A DNA stretch of 63,330 nt, filler included, from Octopus bimaculoides (GCF_001194135.2; 5 parts of 4 records of this genome joined end to end with filler, not necessarily neighbours in it); one strand, 5' to 3'; shown: positions 36,460-50,781, numbered from the whole stretch's first letter. The notes: a model not told the origin generated them from the letters alone. Numbers and translations are program-made.

Positions 36460-36560
36460 ACTGGTCTCACCTTCTCTCACTCACTCCTCACTCACTCACT
36501 CACTCATTCACTCACTCTCTCACTCACTCACTCGCTCACTCACTCACTCACTCACTATTT
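36460..36560. repeat. (CTCA)n tetranucleotide repeat
   Basis: Direct inspection. Confidence 0.9.
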
Positions 36561-37372
36561 CTTCTCTCTCTCGCTTTCATCTCACGCATTCGTTATTTCT
36601 ATCATGCATGCATGATATATGCATGTATGCATGTGTGCGTCCATGTATATATCTGTCTGTTCATAAAAATCTTCCTTTCCTCACATTCTTCACACACTCA
36701 CACACATACATATACATACATACAACCACTCATACACACACACACACGTAGACTTTATCCCTTCTCTGTCACTCTCTGTCTCTCTCGCTCACACCCTCCC
36801 TCTCACTTTGTCTCTATCTCTCTCTATTTTTCTCTCTTCCTCGCTTCCTCACTCGTTTTCAAACGGCTGCTACGTCGGCAATAGATATAAGTTCTACCAA
36901 ACAGACAACACAACTAAGAGAAGCAGACAAACAACAAGAATTCATCAAATCCAAAGAAAATAACATCGACTAAACAAAATAATACATCGACCGTCTGCAA
37001 ACGACCAGTTGCTCAAACATGAAAGCACAAAGAAAGAGGAGAGGTAGGAGGAAGACAATAACTGAAGGAGAAGGGAGGGGAGACAATAACTGGAAGAGGA
37101 GGAGGAAGGAAACGAATGAAGCGAGCAGGAAGGTGGAAGCTGAAGACGGAGGAGGAGTGAGAGTAGTAGAGATGGTGGCTTTATAATGAGGGAGGGGTAA
37201 AAGGATGTAGTAGGAGTTGGTAGTGATTTGTATTTACATTGAATTAAAACCAAAACATGATTGTTTATATTGTTCGTGAGGTTATAGGCAGCACGGACAC
37301 CAGCCAGGCTGGAGCACAATTATAATTAATAGGTATACATGTATGTGCGCGCGCGCGCGTATACTTACATAA

Positions 37373-37418
<46 letters not shown>

Positions 37419-37852
37419 GCTTTTACTCTTTTACTTGTTTCAGTCATTCCACTGCGATCATGCTGGAAAAACCACCTTAAAAAGATCGACCCCCAGGACG
37501 TATTCTTTGTAAGCCTAGTACTTATTCTATCGTTCCACTTTTGTCGAACCGCTAGTTTACGGGAACATAAAAACACCAGCATCGGTTGTCAAGCAATGGT
37601 GGGTGGTGGGACAAACATAGACACAAAGACACATACGTAAATATATACATACAAACATATGAGGAGTAGACAGACAGCCGACAACTGATGAAGGGTCGTT
37701 CTTTATGTTACTTGTCCTGTTTTCCATTTGTTCCTCTCCTCTCATTGTTTGCGCATTGAACTCATTTGTTTTCGTATTTCATGTTGTTTACTGTTGGTGA
37801 CGTCCTGTACCCATATATGCATGTGTGTGTCCCTAACTCTTCGAAACGCTTA

Positions 37853-37896
<44 letters not shown>

Positions 37897-38659
37897 CTGT
37901 GAAAATAAGGGTAGAAAATTTAGAAAAATGTTCATACTGGTGGCAAGCATGCGTAATAAAGTCAATAGATAAATTTTCATATATATACATATGCGAACCC
38001 ATGGAAAACGAACCTACAACTATTCTGCCTAAATGTCTGTGCACACCTTTGAATGCGGTGTATGCCAGAAAGTTTGCAAATTTAACAACGGCATTTTAAG
38101 ATCCACGAAGATCAGAACTTATCTGCAGCTCTTGATGGTCCAAATCGGATGTGCAATCTATGTGCCGAACCGCTAAGTTACGGGGGCGAAAACACACCAG
38201 CATCGGTTGTTAAGCGATGAGGGAGGGGTGGCAAACACACACACACACAAATAGCACCAACATGCCAGAAATAGACGTCAAAATGACTCTAAAACCACAT
38301 TATGTGCACCTTTAGCGCTGGTAGAAAGTGAGGGAATGAATAAAAATGATTTAGCAATGTCTTTTTAGAGGTTAATTCTAGATCGAACGATTTCTGGCTT
38401 AGCAATGAAATTTTCTCTGCCTTCGTCAGTAGAATATATCAAAACAGTACATAAATGCAAATATATAAACATGCCAAACGAACACATACATACCTATACA
38501 TACATATATTCACACGTATAAACGAGGCTAGTCTAGTTATTCATCATCTCACCATGTTTTTTGATCAAAAAAATTACCGCAGTGAATATGGATTATGTTA
38601 CATGCTGGCCACCGATAAGATCGTTATTTTAATAATGATTTTATCCTTATTTATGAAAG

Positions 38660-38700
<41 letters not shown>

Positions 38701-38896
38701 NNNNNNNNNNNNNNNNNNNNNNNNNNNNNNNNNNNNNNNNNNNNNNNNNNNNNNNNNNNNNNNNNNNNNNNNNNNNNNNNNNNNNNNNNNNNNNNNNNNN
38801 NNNNNNNNNNNNNNNNNNNNNNNNNNNNNNNNNNNNNNNNNNNNNNNNNNNNNNNNNNNNNNNNNNNNNNNNNNNNNNNNNNNNNNNNNNNNNNNN

Positions 38897-38924
<28 letters not shown>

Positions 38925-38927
<3 letters not shown>

Positions 38928-39290
38928 TTCTTACACGGACATTTATACATACATTCATTCATTCATGCATACATACATACACACACAGACATGCATGCAA
39001 ATACACACATATATACTTACATCCATACACATACATACATATACAAATACATACATACACACATCCATACATATATACATGCATACACACACACATACAT
39101 ACATACATACATACATACACACACATACATGCATGCATGCATACATACATACATACATACGTACATACATACATACACACACATACATGCATGCATACAT
39201 AATACATACATACATACATACATACATACACATACATGCATACATACATACATACATACATACATACATACATACATACATACATACTGT
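38925..39290. repeat. (TACA)n/(CA)n compound microsatellite
   Basis: Direct inspection. Confidence 0.9.
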
Positions 39291-39695
39291 GCCCACATCA
39301 ACGAGTATTTATGAAATTTTTTTTTTCCTCTGACATAACATCGCTGAAGTCTGCTAGTTCTGATCTAATTGTGACATTGGTCTTAATTCATTATCTTGCT
39401 GTCAGATCTTATATATACAAGTACGTTTGTATGTATGCCTCCCACTCTCCTGTTCTCTCTCTCTCTCTCTCTTTCTCACCCTCTTTTTTCTCTCCATTCC
39501 TCCATCCCCCTCCCTCTCTCTCTCTATATATATATATGAACATGTACATATACGTATATACATAGTGCTTCGGTAAAAGAGATCGACAGAATAAGAACCA
39601 GCCTTCAAAGAAAACTTAAAATTTAGTCGACTAAACCCTTCAAAGCGGTGCCCCAGAATGGCCATATTCCAATGACTTAAACAAGACAAACAAAA

Positions 39696-40080
39696 GGTAG
39701 CTGTGTGGTAAGAAGCTTGCTTCCCAACCACATGGTTCCGGGTTCAGTCCTAGTGCGTGGCACCTTGGGCAAGTATCTTCTACTATAGCCCCAGGTCGAC
39801 CAAAGCCTTGTGAGTGGGTTTGTGACACGGAAACTGAAAGAAGCCCGTCATATAAATATGTGTGTGAGTGTCTTTGTATCTGTATTTGTCTCCCTCCACT
39901 GCATGACAAACGGTGTTGGTTTGTTTACGTGCTCGTAACTTAGCGGTTCGGCAAAAGTGACGGATAGAATAAGTATTTGGCCTTTAAAAAAATACCGGGG
40001 TCGATTCCTTCAACTAAAAATTCGACAAAGTGGTGCCCCAGCATGGCCAAAGTCTAGCGACTGAAACAAGCAAAAGATAA
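39696..40080 (+). mobile_element. Near full-length CORE-type SINE (family 1)
   Basis: Head GTAGCTGTGTGGTAAGAAG, GGTTCAGTCC B-box-like, CACCTTGGGCAAGT (MIR-type CORE-like), internal (TG) tract, tail ...CCAGCATGGCC...GAAACAAG. Confidence 0.85.
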
Positions 40081-40737
40081 GAAAGCAAAAGGAATAAATA
40101 TATGTATGCAATGTATATATGTATGCGTACATTTAAGCACGTATGTATGCATGTATGTATGTATGCGTGCATGTAGGTATACAGGTATGCGTGCATGTGC
40201 ATGTATACATCTATGCATGTATGTATTCATGTAAATATGAATGTATGCATGCAACTGTGCATGTATGTATGCTTGTATGTACGTAGGTATGTATGTATGT
40301 TTGTAGGCATGTATGTATGTATGCATGTATGTATGTATGTTTGTAAGTAAGTGTGTATGTATGTATGTATGTATGTATGTATGTATGTATGTGTGTGTGT
40401 GTGTGTGTGTGCATATGCCAAGCAAGAGATAAACTTTGTGGATTTGGAGTTGTCGCAGCGGGGCGCGAGATTCTATGTTGATGAACAAACGTATTCATTA
40501 CATTACGCTCCAACTCATTTATGGAGAATACGATCGAATATCGGAATTAGCAAAGTGGAAAATGTAAGTACGCAGAGAAAGACAACAATAAATTACAAGT
40601 GCAACCCCGAACTTCCGGACACCGATGGTCCGGAATCTCTTATAATCCGCACCAATTTATGAGCAGGAACTCGAAACTCCCCTTAGCCGCCATGCACGGT
40701 ACAGTATTAATGAACTTGAATTATTTATATTACTGAA

Positions 40738-41062
40738 GAAGGCGTCGAGCTGGCAGAGTCGTTAGCACGCCGGGTGAAATGCTTTGTATTTCCTTTGTCT
40801 TCACGTTCTGAGTTCAACTGCCGCCGAGGCCAACTTCGTCTTTTATTTTTTTTTTTCGGGGTCGATAAATTAAATACCAGTTACGCACTGAGGTTGATGT
40901 AATCGACTAGTCCCCTTCCCCAAAATTTCAGGCCTTGTGCTTATAGTAGAAAGGGTTATTTATACTACTGAAGGAGGCGAGCTGGTAGAATAGTTAGCAC
41001 ACCGGGCGAAATTCTTAGCGGCGTTTCGTCCGTCTTTACGTTCTGAGTTCAAATTTCACCGT
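40738..41062 (+). mobile_element. Tandem SINE family 2 copies (40738-40952 full, 40971-41062 5' half)
   Basis: Both preceded by TTATTTATA(T)TACTGAAG. Confidence 0.85.
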
Positions 41063-41569
41063 AGTAAAAAATAAAGAAAAATATAGCAAATTCAGAACAT
41101 ATGTGACGTGGTGGAATAGAGATAAGGCAAACCAATAACTCGTTCAGCTGTAATACGTCATCTAAGAATTAACTGAAACAGAAGTAGATTCCACTGGTTC
41201 CTGTCATAGCAGTTCTGAATGAAACATGAGATATAAACTTGCTACTTTGGGTACATTTTGCCGAGAAAGAGGGCAAACAACTTTTAGTTCGGATTTAGAA
41301 ACCAAATGCCTCATTGATCGATACTGCTCTCTCACATACACACAAACATATATGGATGCATACATACATGCACGCATACATACAAGCATATACATGCATA
41401 CATGCATACATACATACATGTATATACATGCTTATACATGCATATACATACATGCATGCATACATGCATACACATATACATACATACATAGATACATACA
41501 TACATACATACACTTTTCACACGAAATCCATTATCATTTCTGCCCAAAAAATCCCAAAGGCTTCGTTCA

Positions 41570-41665
41570 AGGATTTGCATCTGCTAAAGATGCAAAAATA
41601 ACCAGCAATTGCTCAATGGATGACTTGAAGATTTATGCTAAAAATGTTTACAATGGAAAAATGAA
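41570..41665 (+). pseudogene. Small RT fragment of an RLE-type LINE
   Basis: SMDDLKIYAK resembles the YMDDLKLYAK catalytic motif of R4/Dong-like RTs. Confidence 0.5.
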
Positions 41666-41753
41666 AAAAACAGCTGCAGTTAAGAAGTCTGTTGACGAAG
41701 ACTCGAAATACGTTTTAAAAAGTGTTTAGTGCAAGTCTAAAGAACATTACTAA

Positions 41754-41797
<44 letters not shown>

Positions 41798-42476
41798 NNN
41801 NNNNNNNNNNNNNNNNNNNNNNNNNNNNNNNNNNNNNNNNNNNNNNNNNNNNNNNNNNNNNNNNNNNNNNNNNNNNNNNNNNNNNNNNNNNNNNNNNNNN
41901 NNNNNNNNNNNNNNNNNNNNNNNNNNNNNNNNNNNNNNNNNNNNNNNNNNNNNNNNNNNNNNNNNNNNNNNNNNNNNNNNNNNNNNNNNNNNNNNNNNNN
42001 NNNNNNNNNNNNNNNNNNNNNNNNNNNNNNNNNNNNNNNNNNNNNNNNNNNNNNNNNNNNNNNNNNNNNNNNNNNNNNNNNNNNNNNNNNNNNNNNNNNN
42101 NNNNNNNNNNNNNNNNNNNNNNNNNNNNNNNNNNNNNNNNNNNNNNNNNNNNNNNNNNNNNNNNNNNNNNNNNNNNNNNNNNNNNNNNNNNNNNNNNNNN
42201 NNNNNNNNNNNNNNNNNNNNNNNNNNNNNNNNNNNNNNNNNNNNNNNNNNNNNNNNNNNNNNNNNNNNNNNNNNNNNNNNNNNNNNNNNNNNNNNNNNNN
42301 NNNNNNNNNNNNNNNNNNNNNNNNNNNNNNNNNNNNNNNNNNNNNNNNNNNNNNNNNNNNNNNNNNNNNNNNNNNNNNNNNNNNNNNNNNNNNNNNNNNN
42401 NNNNNNNNNNNNNNNNNNNNNNNNNNNNNNNNNNNNNNNNNNNNNNNNNNNNNNNNNNNNNNNNNNNNNNNNNNNN

Positions 42477-42529
<53 letters not shown>

Positions 42530-42736
42530 CTGTTCAGTTTTATTTCAAGATTTCTCGCCAATAGGAAAAGAGCCGGTTTCTGTCCTAGATCCAAGAATTT
42601 CAACACCAGTGTTGGTGTGTTTACGTCCCCATGACTTAGCGGTTCGGTAAAAGGCACCGATAGAATAAATACCAAACTTGAAAGAAAAAATAAATATTGA
42701 GATCGATTCATTCGACTAGAATTATTATCATTATTG

Positions 42737-42798
<62 letters not shown>

Positions 42799-42817
42799 CC
42801 TGAATAATAATAATAAT

Positions 42818-42882
<65 letters not shown>

Positions 42883-43634
42883 AAACTCACATACATAGAT
42901 ACATACATACATACAAATAAACACACATACATGCATACATATACGCATGCATACATACAAACCCACATACGTGGATACATACATGCATGGATACATACAT
43001 ACACACATACATACATACATACATACATACATACATACATACATACATACAATTAACTAATTTCCATTATATTCTCCCCCTCATTATTTAACAAGAGATG
43101 TTGTAGCATCAACTCTGACCTTTGCTGAAGGTACCATACTTATGAGGTCGAGATGGATCGTTGAACGGACTGGTGATTATGGTGGTTCTGTTGACGTATA
43201 GTCTGTGATCATTATTTGCGCGCTGCTACTGCCTCACCGAATCTATATAGCACCGTTTGGAGATTGAAACGGAGAGAGTGAGGGAGACAGAGAGAGGGAG
43301 AGAGAAGAGATATATTAGATAGTAGTGAGAGTGACAAGGGATGAGATGATAGTGAGAGAGATAAAGGGGTGAGAGTAATGTTTTAAAAATAGAAATCTAA
43401 TATTGAGCATAGATATTAATAGATGTTATGCGTGAAGTTTCCTGCAATTCGATAAGTTGGAAATATAACGGGAACTGAGAGAGGGGTCAACTATAGAGTG
43501 TGTTATTGTATGTGAAGGCCAGCTATGCTTTCTGAATGGCAAATGGCGCGGCATATTTCCGTAGAATAAGGGAGAGAGTAATCTTTTTTCTTTTTCTTTT
43601 TTTTTTCTTCCTTTTTGCTTATTTCATCCATGTG

Positions 43635-43990
43635 AATGCGGCCATGCTGAAGCATCGCTTTGAAGGGTTTTAGTCGAATAAATCGACCGCTGGGCTTATT
43701 TTTTATAGCCTAGTACTTATTCTGCCGGTTTCTTTGTGCCGAACCGCTAGCGTACGGCAATGTAAACACACCAACACCAGTTGTTAAGCGGTAGGAGTGG
43801 GTGGGTGGGGCGAACATAGACACAAAGACACACATATGGGTATTTGCTTCGCAACCACATGGCTCCGGGTTCACTCCCAAAGTGTGGCACATTGCGCCAG
43901 TCTGAAGGTGCCACGCAGTGGGGGTGCACTCGGAACCTTGTGAGTGGATTTGGTAGACGGAAACTAGAAGTCTGTCGTATATATAGATTT

Positions 43991-44061
<71 letters not shown>

Positions 44062-44092
44062 GACATCACACAAACACATATACACACACATA

Positions 44093-44147
<55 letters not shown>

Positions 44148-44310
44148 ACGACGGGCTTCTTTCAGTTTCGGTCTACCAAATGCACTCACAGGGCCTGGTC
44201 GGCCCGAGTCTATAGTAGAAGACACGTATCGAACGTACCACGCAGTAGAACTGAACCCGGAGCCATGTAGTTGGGAAGCAAAATTCTTACCAACACACAC
44301 GCGCCTACGC
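43635..44310 (-). mobile_element. Composite of CORE-type SINE (family 1) pieces with microsatellites
   Basis: Tail 43635-43830; head/core pieces 43845-43980 and 44145-44310. Confidence 0.7.
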
Positions 44311-44498
44311 CTATATAAGAAGAGAAACAGAGAGATAGACTGTGTGTATGCATATATCACGTTTTCCCAGTGACAGCCTCACCAAACTGGGCAGCCATAC
44401 AATTAGGAACTTGATAGATTGTTTATATTATTCTGTCCATTTCCATCAGTGTAATTAGCTTCTATTTTGTATTTTAGTCATCCTATGTACATACATGT

Positions 44499-44579
<81 letters not shown>

Positions 44580-44980
44580 TTCATACATAATTAGGTATGT
44601 GTGTATACATATATATATATATATATATATGTGCATGTATACGACACATGCATACGTGCGCATTATACATACATACATACATACATACATACACACATAC
44701 ATACACATTAACACATATTTAGTGAATTGAAAATCGTAGCTGGGAAAACTTAATTACAAACTAACTCGTGAGTCTACCATTCTAATATTGAGATGGGCAG
44801 AACATATGTCACCACATATATACCCACTGGGAGAAACGGGGGCTCGCTATCAATAGAGAGTTAATTATAAAATAATGACAGTGAGTCTAAATTAACACAT
44901 AAAATCCACGGAGACTAATTAGTGCAAATTAATGCGCCGGAACTACCCACCCCACAAAAACACACACGCACACACGCGCG

Positions 44981-45041
<61 letters not shown>

Positions 45042-45150
45042 GTGTAGATGAAGGTATGTACATACATGTACATATATATGCATATACTCATATATTGTTT
45101 ATATATNNNNNNNNNNNNNNNNNNNNNNNNNNNNNNNNNNNNNNNNNNNN

Positions 45151-45162
45151 TTAATTAATTAA
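45151..45162. other. Artificial scaffold spacer
   Basis: N44-TTAATTAATTAA-N44. Confidence 0.95.
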
Positions 45163-45206
45163 NNNNNNNNNNNNNNNNNNNNNNNNNNNNNNNNNNNNNN
45201 NNNNNN

Positions 45207-45247
<41 letters not shown>

Positions 45248-45262
45248 GTATATGTATATATA

Positions 45263-45390
45263 CAGTAATACCTCACTATAACAGGGTCCACTTTACGAAA
45301 CACCGTATTTACGAGTTTTATTCTGTCTGCGAGTTTTGGCTTTACGAGCGTTTTCTGGGAACGAATTAACGCGTAAATCGAGGCATTACT
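45263..45390. mobile_element. Small pogo/Tigger-like MITE
   Basis: TA|CAGTAATACCTC ... GAGGCATTACT inverted ends. Confidence 0.45.
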
Positions 45391-45420
45391 CTGTGTGTGT
45401 GTATGTGTGTGTGTGTATGC

Positions 45421-45455
<35 letters not shown>

Positions 45456-46759
45456 GATATGTATTTGTCCCATCTTCGTTGAGCCCTGTGTGGCTAATAA
45501 AAGAAATGTATATATAGATATGTATGCATACACGTAACGTATGTATATATTATACAGAAAGATTTACACATACACATTTGAATATAGACACATATATAGA
45601 TATAGGTGTATGATATGTGTATGTGTGTGTATGCGTAGATATATACGGGTGTGTGTTGTACATATGTATGTATGTGTGTGTTTATGGACATGTATGTGTG
45701 TATGAGTAATTGAAATCTGAGATCTTTAAGTGGTGTCATTAAACCTATGTTGTGTATGGAAGAATTACGCTTATGTATGTATCTATGTGTGCAGATATGT
45801 GTGTGTGTGTGTATAAACGTCTGCATATATATATATATATNNNNNNNNNNNNNNNNNNNNNNNNNNNNNNNNNNNNNNNNNNNNNNNNNNNNNNNNNNNN
45901 NNNNNNNNNNNNNNNNNNNNNNNNNNNNNNNNNNNNNNNNNNNNNNNNNNNNNNNNNNNNNNNNNNNNNNNNNNNNNNNNNNNNNNNNNNNNNNNNNNNN
46001 NNNNNNNNNNNNNNNNNNNNNNNNNNNNNNNNNNNNNNNNNNNNNNNNNNNNNNNNNNNNNNNNNNNNNNNNNNNNNNNNNNNNNNNNNNNNNNNNNNNN
46101 NNNNNNNNNNNNNNNNNNNNNNNNNNNNNNNNNNNNNNNNNNNNNNNNNNNNNNNNNNNNNNNNNNNNNNNNNNNNNNNNNNNNNNNNNNNNNNNNNNNN
46201 NNNNNNNNNNNNNNNNNNNNNNNNNNNNNNNNNNNNNNNNNNNNNNNNNNNNNNNNNNNNNNNNNNNNNNNNNNNNNNNNNNNNNNNNNNNNNNNNNNNN
46301 NNNNNNNNNNNNNNNNNNNNNNNNNNNNNNNNNNNNNNNNNNNNNNNNNNNNNNNNNNNNNNNNNNNNNNNNNNNNNNNNNNNNNNNNNNNNNNNNNNNN
46401 NNNNNNNNNNNNNNNNNNNNNNNNNNNNNNNNNNNNNNNNNNNNNNNNNNNNNNNNNNNNNNNNNNNNNNNNNNNNNNNNNNNNNNNNNNNNNNNNNNNN
46501 NNNNNNNNNNNNNNNNNNNNNNNNNNNNNNNNNNNNNNNNNNNNNNNNNNNNNNNNNNNNNNNNNNNNNNNNNNNNNNNNNNNNNNNNNNNNNNNNNNNN
46601 NNNNNNNNNNNNNNNNNNNNNNNNNNNNNNNNNNNNNNNNNNNNNNNNNNNNNNNNNNNNNNNNNNNNNNNNNNNNNNNNNNNNNNNNNNNNNNNNNNNN
46701 NNNNNNNNNNNNNNNNNNNNNNNNNNNNNNNNNNNNNTATATATATATATATTTATGTT

Positions 46760-47062
46760 CTTTTTAAAGTCTAGCCAGGTTCATGGGCCCGGTTTCCCGG
46801 TTTATATGGCGTATGTGTCCCCCCCCACTCTAGCTGGACGGGACACCAGTCCATTGCAGCGTTACTCAAGAAGCAGGAAGAAAGAGAGAGAGAAAGTTGG
46901 GCCGAAAGAGTACAACAGGGGTCGCCACCAGCCTCTGCTGGAACTTCGTGGAGCTTTAGGGGTTTTCGTTCAATAAATACGCACAATATTCGGTCTAGGA
47001 ATCGAAACAGCGATCCTCCGACCGCGAGGATCTCTGCCCTAACCACTGGGCCATTGCGCCTC
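46760..47062 (-). mobile_element. SINE with family 3 head but a different 3' module
   Basis: 46870-47062 aligns to the family 3 5' half; 46760-46869 reads CTGCAATGGACTGGTGTCCCGTCCAG... on the minus strand. Confidence 0.75.
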
Positions 47063-47221
47063 CATTTATATTTATATATATATGGGAGAATATACGAAAA
47101 AACAACAACAGACGAGGACAGGTGGTGTAAATAACAAAAGGATGTATTAGTATGACGCTCGGGAATACGGAAAGTTATGTATGTATGTGTGAATGTATGC
47201 ATATAATGCATGTGTATAATA

Positions 47222-47758
47222 TTGGTTTCACATTTTGGCACAAGGTCAGATATTTGTGGGGCGGCGTAAAGCGATTGCATGCCCCCCCCCCCCCCACCAT
47301 CCCTCCTAATGCAGAACTCGTATTTGTTTTAAGCACCCGGAAAAGATGAAAGGCAAAGACGATCTCGGCGTTATTTGAATGCAGAAAGCGAAGTCGGAAG
47401 AAATACTGTTAAGCATTTAGTCCGGTGTGCTAACGAGTGTGTCTGCTCACCGCCCTACTATTTGTGTGTGTGTGTGTGTGTGTGACATTGGATTGGAAGA
47501 TCATCAATTTCGGATGAGGGCGTGTAAATCGATTTCATCGACCCCAGTGCGCAACTGGTACTTATTTTATTAACCTCGGAAAAGTCGACTCTAGCGGAAT
47601 TTGAACTCAGGGTGTAAAGACAGACGAAATAAGCATTTCGCCCGACGTGCTAACGTTTCTTATTTCTTCATTGCCCACAAGGGGCTAAACATAGAGGGGA
47701 CAAACAAGGACAGACAAACGGATTAAGTCGATTATATCGACCCCTGTGCGTAACTGGT
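47222..47758 (-). mobile_element. SINE family 2 copies (47222-47454 and 47530-47758)
   Basis: Reverse-complement head CTGCTCACCGCC; GAATTTGAACTCAG B box; CGACCCC tail motifs. Confidence 0.7.
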
Positions 47759-49249
47759 NNNNNNNNNNNNNNNNNNNNNNNNNNNNNNNNNNNNNNNNNN
47801 NNNNNNNNNNNNNNNNNNNNNNNNNNNNNNNNNNNNNNNNNNNNNNNNNNNNNNNNNNNNNNNNNNNNNNNNNNNNNNNNNNNNNNNNNNNNNNNNNNNN
47901 NNNNNNNNNNNNNNNNNNNNNNNNNNNNNNNNNNNNNNNNNNNNNNNNNNNNNNNNNNNNNNNNNNNNNNNNNNNNNNNNNNNNNNNNNNNNNNNNNNNN
48001 NNNNNNNNNNNNNNNNNNNNNNNNNNNNNNNNNNNNNNNNNNNNNNNNNNGTCAGTTACATTGATCCTCGTAATCAACTGGAACTTATTTTATCGATCCC
48101 GAAGGAATAAAAAACAAAGTCATCGACTCCGGCCGAATTCATGGTAATGGGATGGCACCGAATGATCCCCATTCCATACCGGGATCTATGTATGAATGTA
48201 GGATCAGTTGTAGTTATCAGTTATTGACTTCATAGGATTATTGCGTTGCAACATCCATGGATTTCCCAATAAACTTAATAGCATCAAATGAAGAGGGCTC
48301 GAAGGCGTCTTTTTCTTTGCTTTGTGGCAGGTTGCCCCCCGGCCAAATTTACGGTATGTTGTTGCTTTTGTTGTTGTGCGTCCCCCAGATAAGCCCTCGT
48401 CACCCGGCCTATTTTTCAGCTGTGACGACCATCGTTATCTGGTATTGCTGTTTTTATATATCTCCAAGAACAAATTTTCCATTGCTTTGCCACTTGAATA
48501 TAATATAATAAATTGTCCATTTATATTTGCCACTTGAATATAACTTTGAGAAATGTTCACTGTTGTTTCTAGCAGGTGGTATGACCTATAAGAAGCTCAA
48601 CACATTGGCTCCGCGTCGCAATTTATTGTGAGTCTCTATGTGTGTGTGGGGGTGGGTGGGAGAGAGACAGACAGACAGAGAGACAGAGAGTGTATGCATG
48701 TGTGAGAGAGAGTATATGTGTGTGTGCATGTGTGTGTGTGTGTGTGTGTGTGTGCGTGCGTGTGTGTTGTGTGTGTGTGTATAGGTTATTGACGTCATAA
48801 GCATAAAGTTTCTCAAATGGATACAGAAATTCGAAGCATTCCTTTGTGTCCAGTGGTAAAACCCCCTGTCACGTCTACAGACGATATGGGTTCGTGTCTC
48901 ACACTCGGCCTTCGACCCTTTTTCTATCACAAAGGGTTTCTCAGCCCAATATTTTACATGCAATTATTTTTAGCTTCAGGATCCACTATTTCAAAACCGA
49001 ATAATTGATAAATAGATAGATAGATAGATAGATAGATTGGCTTATATAAAACTATATTAGACAATTTATTCGACGTTTGATAGAGCTTATTGCGGTGTTG
49101 GGGAGATTGTGTACTAACTCCAGCACGTCAACCAAGCGAATAGAGACTCCTGGTTACTAACTAGTGATTAATTTCCAAACAATGATTAATTCACTTCTCA
49201 TTTTCTCCAGATGTCTAGTCTGAGAATGTCAGCTTTATATCTTCAATGC

Positions 49250-49306
<57 letters not shown>

Positions 49307-49661
49307 ATCAGAACAGAATACAGAAAGAACAAAGTGCGGTCATAAGGAACTAGTCTAACTTTTCAAAGGGAAATGGTGCAATAGTGACGCTTCGGACGTT
49401 AGTTATTCTTCAGAAATTATGAGATAAAGGAGAAACATGAAGACAAGGGAATTGTTTGCGTGTAAAAAATGCAATTCCAATGAAAAGAGTTAGAAAGAAA
49501 GTGTATAACTAATATCCAGAGCGAATATCGATCTATAGGACGAAGTCCAGAAGGAAGGTCATTCAGGTCAGATAGCTGCGTCAGAGTGTGTGTACGCTTA
49601 GTAGTAAGTATAAGGCAGAATTATGTTTGTGTGTATGTATATATTTCTGGTTGTATGTATA

Positions 49662-49892
49662 TAGTAATCTCTTACCATATCGCAGTTCATCTATCACGGT
49701 TTATTATTTAATCTTACGCCGATTCCTTTGTGTTGTTCTTTTGCATTAATACTAAAATAAAACTAAACAAATTATAAAAATAATAATAATAAAAATATAC
49801 AGTACAGTACTGTTTCTACTTCGCGGATTTTCACTTATCGCGGGGTGAGGTGGGTGGTTGGAACGTAGCCTGCAACAGTCGACGGATTACTG
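49662..49892. mobile_element. pogo/Tigger-like MITE with TA flanks
   Basis: TA|TAGTAATCTC ... GACGGATTACTG|TA; related truncated copy at 52728-52910. Confidence 0.55.
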
Positions 49893-50111
49893 TATATTTC
49901 TGTATGTAAAGTGTTTAAATGGAATATTATTAGATTGTGTGAGTGAGAGCAATGCGTGCATGGGTATCAGGAGGGAACTGTGAAAGAACACACGTGCGTG
50001 TGAGGTGGGGGGATAAGAGTATTGGGAATATGGTGCAGGATCACACTGAGATGCCGAACGTTCTACAATAGGAACAGCGCTATGTGAGTGGAGGTGAGAA
50101 TCTACATATCG

Positions 50112-50157
<46 letters not shown>

Positions 50158-50201
50158 NNNNNNNNNNNNNNNNNNNNNNNNNNNNNNNNNNNNNNNNNNN
50201 N

Positions 50202-50213
50202 TTAATTAATTAA
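50202..50213. other. Artificial scaffold spacer
   Basis: N44-TTAATTAATTAA-N44. Confidence 0.95.
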
Positions 50214-50261
50214 NNNNNNNNNNNNNNNNNNNNNNNNNNNNNNNNNNNNNNNNNNNNATAT

Positions 50262-50295
<34 letters not shown>

Positions 50296-50749
50296 ATGTA
50301 CATGGTTCTCTTTCTTTCTCCTGCTCTTGTCTCTCTTTCCTTTTTCCCCTCTCCAGCCCCCTTCTCTACGCTCCGGCTACGTGTGATATCTTTTAACCAG
50401 GCCATCTTAGATCTTAACATCAAACGCAAAACTCTGATAGCGAGATCTCTTACAACATTTTGTATTGTTTTCCCCTACATTGGCACAAGGCCACTTATAT
50501 TACGGAAGTTAGTATAAACAATTTCCTCTCCAACTCTATATTATCGATACTTATTTTTTTCGGTTTTTTTTTTACAACCTTGCTTCGATGTTTGCTGAAG
50601 AAATCTTTGTGACTCTGTTACTAGCTATCTAACATATATATCTGTGTGTTAATCTATCCACCATACTCCTTTTATGAAAAAAAATATTCGACCATTTATC
50701 TCTATACGTATATTTCTATCTACGTTTCTGTCTATCGATATGTAGATGT

Positions 50750-50781
<32 letters not shown>

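Noticed and set aside
37683-37720. CTGATGAAGG as a hammerhead core
   Set aside because: No stem II-GAAA follows.
48331-48353. 23-nt exon candidate (LPPGQIY) with AG/GTATGT sites
   Set aside because: It lies in a segment resembling a dispersed repeat, and the next acceptor would leave only a 36-nt intron.
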